IMG/VR virus record: IMGVR_UViG_3300042391_000634
Location: 1 to 64,000 of that record
Length of the DNA stretch: 64,000 bases
Reading direction: 5' to 3' (one strand)
Made by a program: the position numbers and the translations under genes. Below the pieces are notes generated by a model, which had not been told where the DNA came from, did not search any database, and was given only the letters and a program-made list of their open reading frames with translations. Positions 11,468 to 21,951 of this stretch are shown here, piece after piece; position 1 is the first letter of the stretch, and every line of letters begins with the position of its first letter.

Positions 11468-14400
11468 ATGAAAACATTTAAGTTCCTCTCAAAGAAACAA
11501 ATACAAGTTCCTATACCCAATAGATATAGTAGTTTAAGTCCTGAGGATAGAAACATATACACAAAAGGATATTATGATGCATTTGATTGTTATAATCATA
11601 GTCGTTCGTTAGAATCACCATACAATCCACTTGTGGAAGAATATGAGTATGAATTATGGAGAGAGGGAGTTACGATGTATGAACGAAATAATAATGCATA
11701 ATGATTAAGGACTTCAAATTTTTTCAAGGTAAAAAAGAAAGAATAAATTGGCAACTAACCGGTTTATTAGATGATGCAACAAATGTTCCATTATTGATTG
11801 GTGTATTGGACATCACATACAAATATATTCAGGATAATAATTTAATAGATAATAATAGGGTTAATAATATATTGATTATTGTTATGACCAAATTATACAG
11901 AGACAAATATAATTCTTATAGTGATTATGATATTAGACGTAAGATTGATGAGGTTGCGGTTCATACCAATAGTGTAACAATAAGAAGATACATACAAGAA
12001 CTTGAAGAGGGTGCTTGGATGAGTATTGATGTTGAAGCGGAGATTAATCATATTATTTATGAAAAATGTAAATGGGAAGAACATGACTATGGATTTTAAA
12101 TTTTTTAAAGGGACACCTCCACCTAAATGGAGAACATACGGTGGATTGATGCATCCATTGGAAACCATAAGCACAAATTATATCAAACGAATAATGAAAC
12201 TTTTGGTAACTAATGGTACATTGCCTAATCAAAAAGATGGGAGAACGGCAACCGAGTGGTATATTATATTAGATAATGAATTAAAAAGAAGAAATGATTA
12301 AACCATTTAAATTCTTTTCAGGGATAAAAATACAATATATTCTAATAATCACCAAGGATACCGATACAACGTACAGCATCCCATTAGATATGTATGGACA
12401 TATAATGGAAGTTGCGGTGGGTTTACACAGGGAGAATATGATATTATTTTCACCAGTAGAGTATAGAGTAGAAAACGAAATTGGTGAGGGAGTAACTTAT
12501 TTCTATATGATAAATAATATTGTACCATATTTTAATATAACTAATAGAATAATGATAGAATATAGTGTAAAGTTTCCTGATACAGAATATTATTGTGATT
12601 TTACCACTCAAGAAAATATATCCTTATATGAAACCATTTAAGTTCTTCCAAAATAATATAAAAAGAAAATGGTATTTAAGGAGTGACCACCTCGGTCAAA
12701 TACAATGGATGTATAGACCTGTGGGGGTAATATTCTATATGGAAAATAGATGGGATGGAAATTTTTATACAGAGGAGATGAAGACAATGACGGTGACGGC
12801 TACAAGTAGATATATGTACTCATACAATCAGTTTATGGAAATGAATAGGGATAATATTATATTTGCATATGAATTCGTGGACAATGCAGATATAAGTAAT
12901 ATGATACATTATAACGAAGATAATTTTGATGATATGCCAAGGGATAGACGACTAATATTTAGAGGAGTAATAAGAAATAATGAAACCATTTAAGTTCTTC
13001 CAAAAAGAAGATTATTTTCTTTCAATAGCAAGAAGAGGTGCGGGGAGAACCATCGCTCAAGACCTTGTGCCGGTTCAACCATTGGGCTCACCTGATAATG
13101 ACCTTCATATTCTTAGGAATTCACTATACGGTGCACTGCGTACAAGAGAATGTGCGGTAATTGCATCATCCATCCGAAATTTTAATAATTGGAGAAATGA
13201 AACATTTGACAGAAGTAGTGTTTTCATTATAACCAATAGAGATTTCACACATACTAATGGAAATAACAATCAAACCACAAGATACAGGGCAATAACGCGA
13301 ATTGATGATTGTTATGGACTAATGTTCGATGATTATATTTTAACGGATAGAATCCACGATATATTATCAAGCGGATATAATGAAACTATAGACCATATTC
13401 ACCAACTAGTTGATGAGGTTAACCTACACACAAGAAACAATGAAACCATTTAAATTTTTTAGAACCCCTTTTAACCCAAGACAATACGATCTTGATTCAT
13501 TTACATTCATCGGTGTTAGTCCCATTAAAACTCATGAAGATGTTCAAGGAAGGTATAGAACAATGATTTTTATGAATAATGATACACGTCTACCACTCAC
13601 TGGAAATTTAATACACGAACACGAGGAAGCATTCCATATGGCGGACATAATTGAAATAAGGGGAAATCAAATATTCCAATTACCAAGACAAGAGGCGGAA
13701 TATATAAACGTAACATTAACATTCACACCAAATGAAACCATTTAAGTTCCTAACCAAACCAAATACAATCAATTACGAAGGTGAGTGGTCACGACATGTT
13801 ATTGGAATAGTTTATGATTATATTAACAATAGATATAGAGACACATATATATCAGAAACATTTGATGCTAAATATATTATTACCGAAACAACATATGAAC
13901 TCGGACAATTATCACGTGCTGTTGTTAAAGTATATCCTAATAGAGATACTAACATGATAATAACATATTGGGTAACCGTGGTAAACACATTTGCATTCAT
14001 AACACAACATAATGTTGAACACTATGCGACCATTTAAATTCCTAAACGATAATAAGAAAGATGATTTTCTTATCCCAACGATGGATGAAATTGCTAACGC
14101 ATTAATTGTTGGAAGAGAAGCATATCTAAATGGACATCCGGTAGAATATAATCCTTTTTTAAGACAACAAACATTTGACGCATTTGACGAGGGATGGGAA
14201 TTAGAACATTCATATGATATATTAAGAGACGCACAACAAAGAGCAAACAATGGACTTTAAATTCTTTCAAAAACCAAAACCAATACAACCACCAGGTAAT
14301 ATGTATCTGATGTTTAATATGGATGATGCTCTAATCAATGTGATAAGATGGTTACAATATCATAATTGGGAAATATTAAATAGTGAAACATATATGTCTC

Positions 14401-15511
14401 AGGTGAATGTACCAATCAATAATTGTTTTATAAGGATAACGAGTTGGAGAAGACATATTAATCCACCAATAAGAGTTCAAATAAAATATAGTGTGTTTGA
14501 AGCAAACACATTTTCAAGAAATTTCACATTTATTATGAATGAAGAAGAATTTTTAAGAAGAATAGATATAACAGGAATATGATAAAAGAGTTTAAATTTT
14601 TAAGTAATAACAAATCAATAGGAACTAATACTATTCCATATCCTGATGATTTAGTATGTCCTTTAATGAGAGAGGTATATAAGGCTGGTTATTTATGTGC
14701 AATGGTGGGAAATCAGATAAGTGATAATCGTTACGCAAATACACAATATGCTTATATGTGGAATAGAGGTTGGATTGATTACCAAATGCAAACTGTAAAT
14801 GAGAGAGTTTAAGTTCCTAAGAAATCCTTTATTAGTTACCATTGATGGGAAATCAATCTATCCGGGGACATTATTCTATAGTATGAATAAGATATGTATA
14901 ATATTACCAAGGAAGATAACACCCAAATATACAATAGTAACAAGATGTATCCATCCAATTTATAAGGATGTATTCAAACCTGATTACGATACATTAATGT
15001 ATTTCAGCACAAAAGAATCTGCCGAGTTCTATAAGAGTAGATTAATACATTGGGATGAACACGTTATTGGTGGTGAGGTATTCCATAACAACGCTGACAT
15101 AACATTAACATTTAGAAGATGATAAGACAATTTAAATTTTTATCGGGAGTGAAATCCATGTTGGATATGTATGGTAGAGAAATCAACTCAAATAACTATA
15201 GAACCATCAGTATAACCGGCAATATTCGTTTTCTAAAAGAATACCATAGAAGATTGGATTGTATTTATATTTCACATTATAATATGTTTAATGAATATCA
15301 TCCATTATTTAATGAATCGGTAGATTTATATAATAGAACGGTTGGATTTATAGAAGGAGGTCACATAACAACCCACGAAGAGATAAGGAGATTTGTTCAT
15401 AGCGCCTATTCAGATATGGTATATGGGATATTTGACCAGTATGAAATAGGTGGGGCAACAAATCAGGAGATATTAGTTGATACATATAACTTTATAAACC
15501 CAAGACGATGA
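11468..15511 (+). CDS. Tandem operon of 13 FKF-leader ORFs (starts 11468, 11701, 12089, 12294, 12628, 12980, 13440, 13732, 14024, 14250, 14579, 14799, 15119)
   Basis: Each begins M-x(1-3)-FKF(F/L). After the first two genes, each start overlaps the upstream stop by 4-14 nt. Several starts were reassigned from the ORF track. Confidence 0.8.
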
Positions 15512-15549
15512 TAAAGATTTTAAATACCTGAAGATGATATTTATATAGG

Positions 15550-16395
15550 ATGAAATTAATGGATATATTATTAGAGGATTGGGAAGATGATTACCGAAAT
15601 GTATCTCATAAGCTTAAACTTATGTATAAATTACTTAGAGTAGGGTCGGTTAAAATTAGTAAATTAATACCTGATTTTGAGACACCATTTTGGACAGGAT
15701 TTGATTGGATTGAAGATGGTGATGCATTGATAACATATGAACTACCAAGCGAATATCATTTAATACCTGGTAGTATAACTAGCATATATAGAATAGTAAT
15801 AAGAGGTATAACTATTAATTGTGAAAAATATCCAGCGTTAGCTGATGACATAGATATTAGGGAAGATTTATTAAGATATATTTTACGTAGAATTGAAAAT
15901 TATCTAATACCTACACTCCAAGAGGGAGACGAAATTGAGTTTAGTATAAGAAAAAAACATGAAGAGAATATTATGTTTAAGAATGTCGTAAATGAAAGTG
16001 TTGTTGATGATAAAGAAAATGATTATGATACCGTTGTTAAAAAGGCACCAACAATTTTCAAAGCACTCAAGAAAGGTAAGATAACAATGGAGGTTGATGC
16101 AATAAGATTATTTTATCGAGGTGCAACGGACCCACAAAAATACACATTTGATTATGATTTAGGAGATGTATACATTGTTGAAACAGATCCATTTGAAAAT
16201 AACTACAATGTTAAAGTTTTAATACCGGCAATTAAAATTAACTGTGACGAAAACCCAAATTTAAATAATATTCAAACAATTAAAATGGACATTCTTAATA
16301 TTGTTAAGAAAAAATTTAACAACTTTGGATTGAACATTATTCTTAGAGCAACAAAATTTCGTTTAAAACATAATGGAAAGTGGATTATACCTTAA
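15550..16395 (+). CDS. CTS-like leader (MKLMDILLED) plus two KALKKG domains
   Basis: TATTTATA at 15538; KLKLMYKLLRVG and KKAPTIFKALKKG joined by a VVNES linker. Confidence 0.7.
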   Translation: MKLMDILLEDWEDDYRNVSHKLKLMYKLLRVGSVKISKLIPDFETPFWTGFDWIEDGDALITYELPSEYHLIPGSITSIYRIVIRGITINCEKYPALADDIDIREDLLRYILRRIENYLIPTLQEGDEIEFSIRKKHEENIMFKNVVNESVVDDKENDYDTVVKKAPTIFKALKKGKITMEVDAIRLFYRGATDPQKYTFDYDLGDVYIVETDPFENNYNVKVLIPAIKINCDENPNLNNIQTIKMDILNIVKKKFNNFGLNIILRATKFRLKHNGKWIIP

Positions 16396-16639
16396 TATAT
16401 AAATCCTCAGGTTTAGGTGGTTTTATTTCAAACACAACTGGTCTTTTCTTTTCCCATTTCTCTAAAATCTGTTGAGCCAAGGACACCATAGCCCTTTCAT
16501 AGTATTCCTCACCATATATTGGGACGATTATACTTTTATACATGTCTAATGTATCTGAAATGTTGAGACTATCAACTTTCTTTTTAACCGTGATGGTTTC
16601 ACTAAAATACTTATACGATAATGAGATTGGTATATTCAT
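16385..16639 (-). CDS. Hypothetical protein
   Basis: 84-aa ORF; upstream TATATTTG on the minus strand near 16644-16651. Confidence 0.55.
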   Translation of the reverse strand: MNIPISLSYKYFSETITVKKKVDSLNISDTLDMYKSIIVPIYGEEYYERAMVSLAQQILEKWEKKRPVVFEIKPPKPEDLYIKV

Positions 16640-16651
16640 TCCACAAATATA

Positions 16652-16690
16652 CTAGAATATTCTAGAATATCACAAATAAAGTTATCCACA
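16652..16690. promoter_or_regulatory. Palindrome CTAGAATATTCTAG plus perfect DnaA box TTATCCACA in a divergent intergenic region
   Basis: Palindrome at 16652-16665; DnaA box at 16682-16690. Confidence 0.55.
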
Positions 16691-16739
16691 TTTAAAATCG
16701 TGTTTTTAAATCTCGAATATTTTTATTATATTTAATGAT

Positions 16740-17162
16740 ATGTTGTCTAAATTTAGATTTTTCAGGGGTATAGTTAGTGCAAGGATTGTCAGTATTGATG
16801 GTGCTTTAGAAAGACTAACAAGGACACCTGTTAGTCATATTCCAATACCCGATACTCTTACAACCTTAGTAGAGATACAACAATTTAGGGCAGGATGGAG
16901 ATCGTGTGAGTTTGGAAGAAACATATACGATAATCCATATAGTAATAGAGAAGCTCTAATATATTCATTACATAGAGCATGGGAATATGGATTTACTGAA
17001 TGTTTTAATAATAGAAGAGTTAATAGAGATGAAGAGGTTTATTTAGAAGGATGGGCGACAGCTCAATTAGGGTTACCATTAAATGAAAACCCACACACAT
17101 ATGGTTCAAACCAATTTAATATGTGGTATATAGGATGGAATGACTTTGTTGATAATCATTAA
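16740..17162 (+). CDS. FKF-leader protein with two RMF/CrpP-like repeats
   Basis: FRAGWRSCEFGRNIYDNPY...AWEYGF and YLEGWATAQLGLPLNENPH...MWYIGW. Confidence 0.6.
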   Translation: MLSKFRFFRGIVSARIVSIDGALERLTRTPVSHIPIPDTLTTLVEIQQFRAGWRSCEFGRNIYDNPYSNREALIYSLHRAWEYGFTECFNNRRVNRDEEVYLEGWATAQLGLPLNENPHTYGSNQFNMWYIGWNDFVDNH

Positions 17163-17166
17163 AAAT

Positions 17167-17493
17167 ATGCGAGACTTCAAATTTCTTACCAAGAACGATA
17201 CAATAAACTTTCATGGACAAATGTCCATTGAAGCGCTCGGATATTTTGATGATTACGTTAATCGTATAATTAGATATGAAATCACAACAACAACCGCAAC
17301 ATATAAGATAGCAGATTACACTTATGGTGAAGGTAACGTTGTGGCGGGAACCGTCAACGCATATCCATTAGATGCTCCCAATATCATGGTCACCTACACT
17401 ATAAGGGGTGGAGAGATTACATCACATACAATACATATAGATTATTGGAATACGATGGGGCAATTGATAAATACAATAAGACGAGAGGATTAG
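17167..17493 (+). CDS. FKF-leader protein (MRDFKFLT), paralog of 13732-14037
   Basis: Aligns by eye: FKFLTK..TIN..G......G...DY.N... Confidence 0.65.
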   Translation: MRDFKFLTKNDTINFHGQMSIEALGYFDDYVNRIIRYEITTTTATYKIADYTYGEGNVVAGTVNAYPLDAPNIMVTYTIRGGEITSHTIHIDYWNTMGQLINTIRRED

Positions 17494-17545
17494 TCGGTAG
17501 CAATACTATAATACAATTCACCACGTTTATAAGATATTTATGTAG

Positions 17546-18229
17546 ATGAAAATACAAGCATTATTCATCAGTGATGTCCACTTAGGTTCTAAAGGTTCAA
17601 ATGCAGAACAAGTCTTAGATTTACTCAAACAATATCAACCCGAATATCTATTCTTAGTTGGTGATATAATAGATGGATGGTTACTTAAACGTAGGTTCCG
17701 TTGGCCTCAATCACATACAAATGTATTAAGAAAGATAATGTCATATTCAAAGAACGGAACCAAAGTAATTTATATACCAGGAAATCACGATGAGTTCTTA
17801 AGAGAGTATGGTGAGTTTTCTTTCGGCAATATAGAAATACACAATGAATATGTATGGAATAATACTTTTATTACACACGGAGATTTATATGATGGTGTGG
17901 TTAAACTTAAATGGTTGGGTATCTTAGGGTCAATAGGTTATGATATGGCAATAACAATAGATAGAAAATTAAAGAAATTGGGAATGAAACGTTCTTTATC
18001 TAAGTTCTTAAAAGATAAGGTAAAGGAAGCTGTTAAATTCATTACACAATTTGAGGTGGAGTTAACCAGACAAGCAAAGAAACATCACTGTACATCCGTT
18101 ATATGTGGTCATATTCATCATCCTGAGGATAGAGATATTGATGGAATAAGATATTTAAATTGTGGGGATTGGATTGAGAACAATAGTTATATCATATACA
18201 ACAACAATGAATACACAGTCATTAAGTAA
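17546..18229 (+). CDS. Metallophosphoesterase, LpxH/PlcP-like (UDP-2,3-diacylglucosamine hydrolase family)
   Basis: FISDVHLG, LVGDIIDGW, YIPGNHDE, HGDLYD, VICGHIH, YLNCGDW. Confidence 0.88.
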   Translation: MKIQALFISDVHLGSKGSNAEQVLDLLKQYQPEYLFLVGDIIDGWLLKRRFRWPQSHTNVLRKIMSYSKNGTKVIYIPGNHDEFLREYGEFSFGNIEIHNEYVWNNTFITHGDLYDGVVKLKWLGILGSIGYDMAITIDRKLKKLGMKRSLSKFLKDKVKEAVKFITQFEVELTRQAKKHHCTSVICGHIHHPEDRDIDGIRYLNCGDWIENNSYIIYNNNEYTVIK

Positions 18230-18923
18230 TCAATTAACAATAGTCATTCCATCAAAGAATGAAAATAGAACGTTATATGATTGTATCTATAACATATCTA
18301 AACAAACCAACATTGCAGGGATAAAGATAATAATAGCAGATGTATCAGATGAAGAAGAATCTATATGGTATTTATGGAAATTACAATCGGACTTTAAATA
18401 TTCATTAAACATAGAGGTAATAGAAGGGGGATATCCATCTCAGGGAAGACTTAACGGATCAAAACTTGTAACAACCCCATATATGTTATTCTTGGATGCA
18501 GATATATTCTTAACCAATAAGGATATAATCGTGGAGTGTATGAAATATAAGAAGGACTTAATTACGGTCCCGTTTTATACGGATAAACCATACAGATGGG
18601 TATTCAGATTATTTGATATGTTCCAATCAATATCCTCGTTATTGGGAACTCCATTTGCTGTAGGAGGATTTCAGTTATGGAACACAAAGACGTATTGGGA
18701 AATAGGAGGATACAATCCAGAGGAGTTATTCGCAGAGGACTATTCGTTATCAAAGATGGTTATGTCAAAGAACTTTAAGGTGGTTAATATAAAAGGAACA
18801 TACACATCACCAAGACGATTTAAATCTAAGGGTGTATTATGGATGTTCAATATAATGATTAAATCTTATCTCAATAGAAACAACCCATCCTTTTTTAAAC
18901 AGACCCACAACTATTGGACATAA
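18207..18923 (+). CDS. Glycosyltransferase family 2
   Basis: TIVIPSKNE, IIIAD, LFLDAD, GGYNPEELFAED. Confidence 0.85.
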   Translation: MNTQSLSNQLTIVIPSKNENRTLYDCIYNISKQTNIAGIKIIIADVSDEEESIWYLWKLQSDFKYSLNIEVIEGGYPSQGRLNGSKLVTTPYMLFLDADIFLTNKDIIVECMKYKKDLITVPFYTDKPYRWVFRLFDMFQSISSLLGTPFAVGGFQLWNTKTYWEIGGYNPEELFAEDYSLSKMVMSKNFKVVNIKGTYTSPRRFKSKGVLWMFNIMIKSYLNRNNPSFFKQTHNYWT

Positions 18924-18950
18924 CTATTTCATGGGATATTTATAAAGGTA

Positions 18951-19784
18951 ATGAAATTATTAGATATTATAAAAGAAGATGTGAGGTACTTTAAGAAAGA
19001 AGAACCTAGTGAGGAAAAGAGGGTAAAAACCATTTTCAAAGCACTTAGAAATGGTATTGTAAAGGTTCCACACCCAAGGACAAACAACATCATCAAGTTT
19101 AGATATCATATAAGTGATAATGTATTTTATAGATGGGAAAATTATATGAGTGAGAAGTGCCTTACTATCATTACCAGCAACTTCCCTGAAGAAGGTATAA
19201 CCATTTACTGTGATGATAAAGATGTGATAGATATGTGTACAAATAACACAGAATCTATCTCAAAGAACCCAACTGGTATTCATCTAAGGGAAATGTTCAT
19301 GAATAAACTTAAAAATAGATTCAATAAATTTCAGGTTAGTTTTTATGTTAATAAACAAGGTATGAAGTTTGTTTTAGAAGAACCAACCGAACTAATCAAT
19401 GAGAATGAAGAGGACGATAGAATAATAAAAAAGGTAGGGGTAATATTCAAAGCTCTTAATAAAAAAATGTATCGTGAGAACAAAGATTTTAAGTTTTATT
19501 TTGTTCTTCCCGATAAATTTAAGGTTTTATTAAATGATACCCCCGAAATAGAACGGCACAGACAAATTAGAAGAGAATATGGTTTTTTATATGTTCAGGT
19601 GGGAAATGATGGTGAAAACAATGATGTTAAATTCTACTATAAAAAAGAAGGTGATTATGAATTAAATAGATTAAATATCAATACAAATGATCAGTATAAT
19701 TATAACCTGTTTATTGTTAACGAAAAGTTTAAACCATTTAATATAAAACTAATATATAAAAATAGAGCAGGCAAGTGGGAATAA
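18951..19784 (+). CDS. CTS-like leader (MKLLDIIKED) plus two KALKKG domains
   Basis: TATTTATA at 18937; KRVKTIFKALRNG and KKVGVIFKALNKK joined by a LINEN linker. Confidence 0.7.
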   Translation: MKLLDIIKEDVRYFKKEEPSEEKRVKTIFKALRNGIVKVPHPRTNNIIKFRYHISDNVFYRWENYMSEKCLTIITSNFPEEGITIYCDDKDVIDMCTNNTESISKNPTGIHLREMFMNKLKNRFNKFQVSFYVNKQGMKFVLEEPTELINENEEDDRIIKKVGVIFKALNKKMYRENKDFKFYFVLPDKFKVLLNDTPEIERHRQIRREYGFLYVQVGNDGENNDVKFYYKKEGDYELNRLNINTNDQYNYNLFIVNEKFKPFNIKLIYKNRAGKWE

Positions 19785-20830
19785 TGAAATTAATAGACAC
19801 ACTTAGTGAGGATGAGGAGAAAAAATTAATCAAGAAGGCCAAGTTAATTTTTTCTATATTAAAGAAGGGAACAATCACTCGTAGAGATGGTGTGTCATTT
19901 AGTTATGAGCTCAAGGATAATATGGTCCCAAGAATCGTAAAAGGTGAGGTAGAGATAAGTGCGTTCATTACCGAGATCATAGAAAGAACCTACTGTCCTA
20001 TCAATGAACATGCGATGAAAGATTTAATTATGGACAAATTCAATCACTTCAATATTAATGCAAATTTATATTATACTTCCAATAGTCATGTAGAGAAATA
20101 CAAAGGAAAGAAACCGTGGGAAGAACAAAGGGAACTAAACGAATCCAAAGAGGATAACGAAAAACTTATAAAGAAGGTTAAGACCATTTATAAAGCCATA
20201 AGTGGTAGTATTATTCGTAAAGGACATTTCGGTAATATTACATATGAATTACCTCGTGAATATGATATTCAAATAGATGTAAATGACGATCCTTTTGTAA
20301 AGGTCGGTAGGAATGGGACAGACAATGAGATTAAATTCTATTATGTCGATGGTACAAGTGGTGAAGTTAAACAATATAGGTTAAACAACCACGAATATCA
20401 TTTATTTGTAAGAGAGATAGAAAGACGTAAGTTTAAACCGTTTAATATTGTATTATGGTATGAACCAAATGAGAACGTGATTCAACCTATAAATGAGGCT
20501 CTAATGAGGTATACAGAAGATGATTTAACCGACAAGGACAGGAAGAAAGTTAAACTTATATATGATTTATTTAAAACGGGGAGGTATATAGATGATGATA
20601 CGAAATATGAATATGTTCTTCCTGATGAGTATTATGTATCCATAGATGATGAAACGGGAATGCCTGTTGTTGTATTAACGATGAATCCGTCACAGACATT
20701 AGATTTATATATGGTTTTAACCAATACATATATTCCTAAGGTAGATAAAGAATACAATAACTTATATAAGGATACAAAGAGAAGAATTAAAGAGAAGTTT
20801 AATAATTTTAACATAGATATTATATTTTAA
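19784..20830 (+). CDS. CTS-like leader (MKLIDTLSED) plus three KALKKG domains
   Basis: KKAKLIFSILKKG, KKVKTIYKAISG and KKVKLIYDLFKTG; linkers LNES and INEA. Confidence 0.7.
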   Translation: MKLIDTLSEDEEKKLIKKAKLIFSILKKGTITRRDGVSFSYELKDNMVPRIVKGEVEISAFITEIIERTYCPINEHAMKDLIMDKFNHFNINANLYYTSNSHVEKYKGKKPWEEQRELNESKEDNEKLIKKVKTIYKAISGSIIRKGHFGNITYELPREYDIQIDVNDDPFVKVGRNGTDNEIKFYYVDGTSGEVKQYRLNNHEYHLFVREIERRKFKPFNIVLWYEPNENVIQPINEALMRYTEDDLTDKDRKKVKLIYDLFKTGRYIDDDTKYEYVLPDEYYVSIDDETGMPVVVLTMNPSQTLDLYMVLTNTYIPKVDKEYNNLYKDTKRRIKEKFNNFNIDIIF

Positions 20831-20858
20831 TGTAAAGATTTATGTGTATATTATACAA

Positions 20859-21473
20859 ATGAGAGTTTTAATCCTAACACACCCAAGAAGCGGGGGAATG
20901 TCCTTAATGAATTATATTCAGAAAGAATTAGATTACAATCAATATCATGAACCATTTTTCGACAATCTAAGTCACGGTTTAACTGATGAAGATATCAATA
21001 CAAAATTATTAGTAGAAGATAACATAGTGGTTAAAGACTTTCCATTTCTTATTAAAGAAAGGGGGTATGATATTAATGATGTGATATCTAAATTCGATAA
21101 GGTAATTATTCACCATAGAGGTAATCATAGAGATGTGGCAATTAGTTTAACCTATTTTCAATATGGATATGGTAGTAATTTACATGAAACATATAAAGTA
21201 ACGGACGAATGGATAAAGGATAATGAGGATAAGATAGAACAAATGATGGTGAATACGAATGAAATGTTCAATACAATTGAAAATATGAAGAATGAGGGGT
21301 GTCTAAGAACAAGTTACGATGGGATATATAACGATAAATCAGATGTACCAAGACTATTAAAGTATCTAAACATATATAGCCCGATTTATTTAGACATATT
21401 AGATAAAAGACACAAATTACAAAATGGGGAGGTAGGAATGGGTAATGTTAAGATTAGACCAAAATTAATATGA
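20859..21473 (+). CDS. Sulfotransferase-like (PAPS-binding loop) protein
   Basis: N-terminal ILTHPRSGGMSL, then EPF, and IIHHR.N.RD.AIS. Confidence 0.55.
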   Translation: MRVLILTHPRSGGMSLMNYIQKELDYNQYHEPFFDNLSHGLTDEDINTKLLVEDNIVVKDFPFLIKERGYDINDVISKFDKVIIHHRGNHRDVAISLTYFQYGYGSNLHETYKVTDEWIKDNEDKIEQMMVNTNEMFNTIENMKNEGCLRTSYDGIYNDKSDVPRLLKYLNIYSPIYLDILDKRHKLQNGEVGMGNVKIRPKLI

Positions 21474-21497
21474 TATTTTTGATATATTTATAAAGAC

Positions 21498-21947
21498 ATG
21501 AAGTTATTAGATATAGTAAGAGAAGAGGAAGATAAACAGAATTATCTTATTAAACAAAGAAAAAAGGTTAGACATATACACTCAGCACTAAAAAGGGGTA
21601 AAATTACTATAGATAATATACAATATAACTATGTTCTTGGTAATGATTTTGATATTGATGTTATATATCGTAACGGGTATGAGGAAACAGAGGTTAGGTT
21701 TAAGGAAGAAATGTTAACACCAAAATATAGAGATAAGATTTTAAAATTATATAAGGTTAATCCTGATGGGGAGGAAGAATATGTTCCTTATGGACATACT
21801 ATGAAGTCTTATAAAGAATATTATCATGCTATGAAATTTGATAATCCAACATATGAATCTGCGTGGGATATAATTAAAGATAAGTTTAAAAATTTTAGAA
21901 TACGTATATATCCTTTTAACGTTACTCAAACTAACCTTGATTTATAA
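21498..21947 (+). CDS. CTS-like leader (MKLLDIVREE) plus one KALKKG domain
   Basis: TATTTATA at 21485; KKVRHIHSALKRG...IKDKFKNFRI. Confidence 0.7.
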   Translation: MKLLDIVREEEDKQNYLIKQRKKVRHIHSALKRGKITIDNIQYNYVLGNDFDIDVIYRNGYEETEVRFKEEMLTPKYRDKILKLYKVNPDGEEEYVPYGHTMKSYKEYYHAMKFDNPTYESAWDIIKDKFKNFRIRIYPFNVTQTNLDL

Positions 21948-21951
21948 AGAC

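Noticed and set aside
3301-17493. Diversity-generating retroelement or integron as the source of the FKF array
   Set aside because: No reverse transcriptase, template/variable repeat pair, integrase or attC-like palindromes were seen; the conserved part is at the 5' end and only 14-25 bp long.
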